A DNA stretch of 64,000 nucleotides, from the NCBI GenBank assembly GCA_964188305.1, contig OZ076895.1; one strand, written 5' to 3'. Below the pieces are notes generated by a model. That model searched no databases. It was not told the DNA's origin and worked only from the letters and a program-made list of their open reading frames with translations. Below, piece after piece: positions 62,421 through 64,000 of this stretch (its first letter is position 1; each line of letters begins with the position of its first letter). The DNA comes from Podarcis bocagei (taxonomy: Eukaryota). A program made the position numbers and the translations under genes.

Positions 62421-63844
62421 GTATAGTGTCACTGACTGCATTCTTTAGTGAACCTGAAAATCTTTTGCAGATTCCTTCCATGCACAGAATATGAGCCCAA
62501 GAGATATTTGAGCAATGTAACCTGTGATTTGGGAGGTGATTAAGGGGGGAGGGGAGAGATAAGCATAAAAAGGCAGAAGAGGAACAAGGAAAGCATGAAA
62601 AAAATAGTATTTTACAAAAGCATGGGATTTCTAGTTTTAGCTCGAGGAATAGGAATATGTGTTCCTCTGGATGTTCATGTACCCCAGTTCCAAGCAGTCA
62701 TGGATGGTATCTGGCGAACAACACACCACACGCTCCCCTTGAAGTGATGTATGCAAGGCACATGTATATTTTCTGTGGGTGCTTTCAGGGACTCCTTCAA
62801 TTCTTGCAACCTCTTTCTCTTTTAAAAATGAAATTGTTGAAACAGCTTTCTTGTGGGAGGCCGGATTGTGGGGGGGGCAGTTGCTCTGATGATGATTGAG
62901 AATTAGCCCCCTACTCCTAAGCAGCATATTCATAGGCATGCACATTTGGGGGAGGGGTACACAGCTACCCAGTGGTATTACTGTCCCCTGCCTAACTGGG
63001 AGCAGCTGTTTTATCCAAGGGCCCCAAATGGGCTACAAAAGATCCCATGTGCGGCCTAGTTTTGTGAGGCATGACTGGACACATCCATGAGTTTCCATTT
63101 TGCTGCAACACCCAGACTCTAGGGATATTTGAATCAGCAGCAGTGTTAGGCTTGATGTATGAGTCATCGTTTTCTCCCCCCAGTTCCCATCTCAAGCCTG
63201 GTGAAGTCAGTATGAACAGTCTGCTTCATTGTCAACCACGCTTGGGAGTTTAGGATTAGGTTCATCTGGTTCTGTGCCCTGCTCTTATTTTAAGCCACTT
63301 GGACAAATCCGTTTGGAGGATAGTGTTCTGAGTGATCTGATGGTTTTCTTTCTCATATATTGTCTGACTCAGTTTATAACTTTTAAAATAGCAGGTTGAT
63401 TATCTGGAGAATAAGTAATAATGGTGCCTGAGACAAAATCAGAAATATTCAGCAACTTGCAGCTTGAGGCCCAGCTCATAAACTTCCATTCCAGTTGCAA
63501 TGGTATCGACCTAATTGGTAGCATACCTTCCAGATAACTTGCTTGGCATGGAAAGAATAAGTCCCAGCTGTTCTTCAAGAAATATCTACACTGCTTTTTG
63601 AAGAAAAGTATTGAAGAAGTATAAATCAAGGCATCTGAGAAAGTTACTAGTGGAGGTGCAAAAAGGTCACACTCTTAGATCTTCCGCAGATTATTATAAT
63701 TAATGCCAGCAGCACGATATCTCTTTCCCATGTCATAGAAGAGGAGGGATGTAGTCTTACTGTAGGTAAAACAGGGACAGATAAACCTGGTGTCTATTTG
63801 CTTTCTTCCACCGAACTCATAGATGCATAAACACACACTCCTTT

Positions 63845-63992
63845 TTATCTTCACAACAACAACCCTGTGAGATAGGCTAGGTGAATACCTCAAGGTCACC
63901 CAGTGAACTTCATGACCAAGTGAGGATTTGAACCTGAGTCTTCCCAGTTCCTGCCCAGTTTGACACTGTAACCACTGCACCACCATGGCTCT
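63845..63992 (-). mobile_element. tRNA-derived SINE (MIR/Squam3-like)
   Basis: Reverse complement reads agagccatggtggtgcagtggtt..caggttcaaatcc..ctgggtgaccttgag..ctcacagggttgttg (A box, B box, core). Confidence 0.75.
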
Positions 63993-64000
63993 TAGTGATG

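Noticed and set aside
62421-62494. Extension of ORF 60740..62494 past the donor (GIVSLTAFFSEPENLLQIPSMHRI)
   Set aside because: Similarity to MICAL3 stops at VRA and a good CAG|gtatag donor is present; short intronic run-on.

Overview
Vertebrate genomic DNA from a squamate reptile, probably a lacertid lizard judging by the Sauria-type SINE, CR1/L2 LINE fragments and squamate MITEs. The whole window lies inside one plus-strand gene, MICAL3 (F-actin methionine monooxygenase). It covers the linker after the CH domain, the LIM domain, the acidic region and the large Pro/Ser-rich exon; the monooxygenase/CH exons and the C-terminal bMERB exons are outside the window. I built an 18-exon in-frame chain by hand from splice signals, reading-frame continuity and recalled similarity to human MICAL3 (no database was run). 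Most notable: (1) six frame-neutral phase-0 cassette exons before the LIM domain, two of which share an apparently repeated helical motif; (2) a read-through terminal exon after the LIM region giving a short, bMERB-less isoform with a hydrophobic tail and a probable ~7 kb 3' UTR; (3) an exon whose homologous acceptor reads TG rather than AG; (4) a Tc1/mariner-type MITE carrying a 60-bp hairpin minisatellite with co-varying stem arms, plus an inverted sister copy. There are no prokaryotic systems, CRISPR arrays or RNA genes, and I found no wholly new system; the novelty candidates are isoform architecture and repeat biology.
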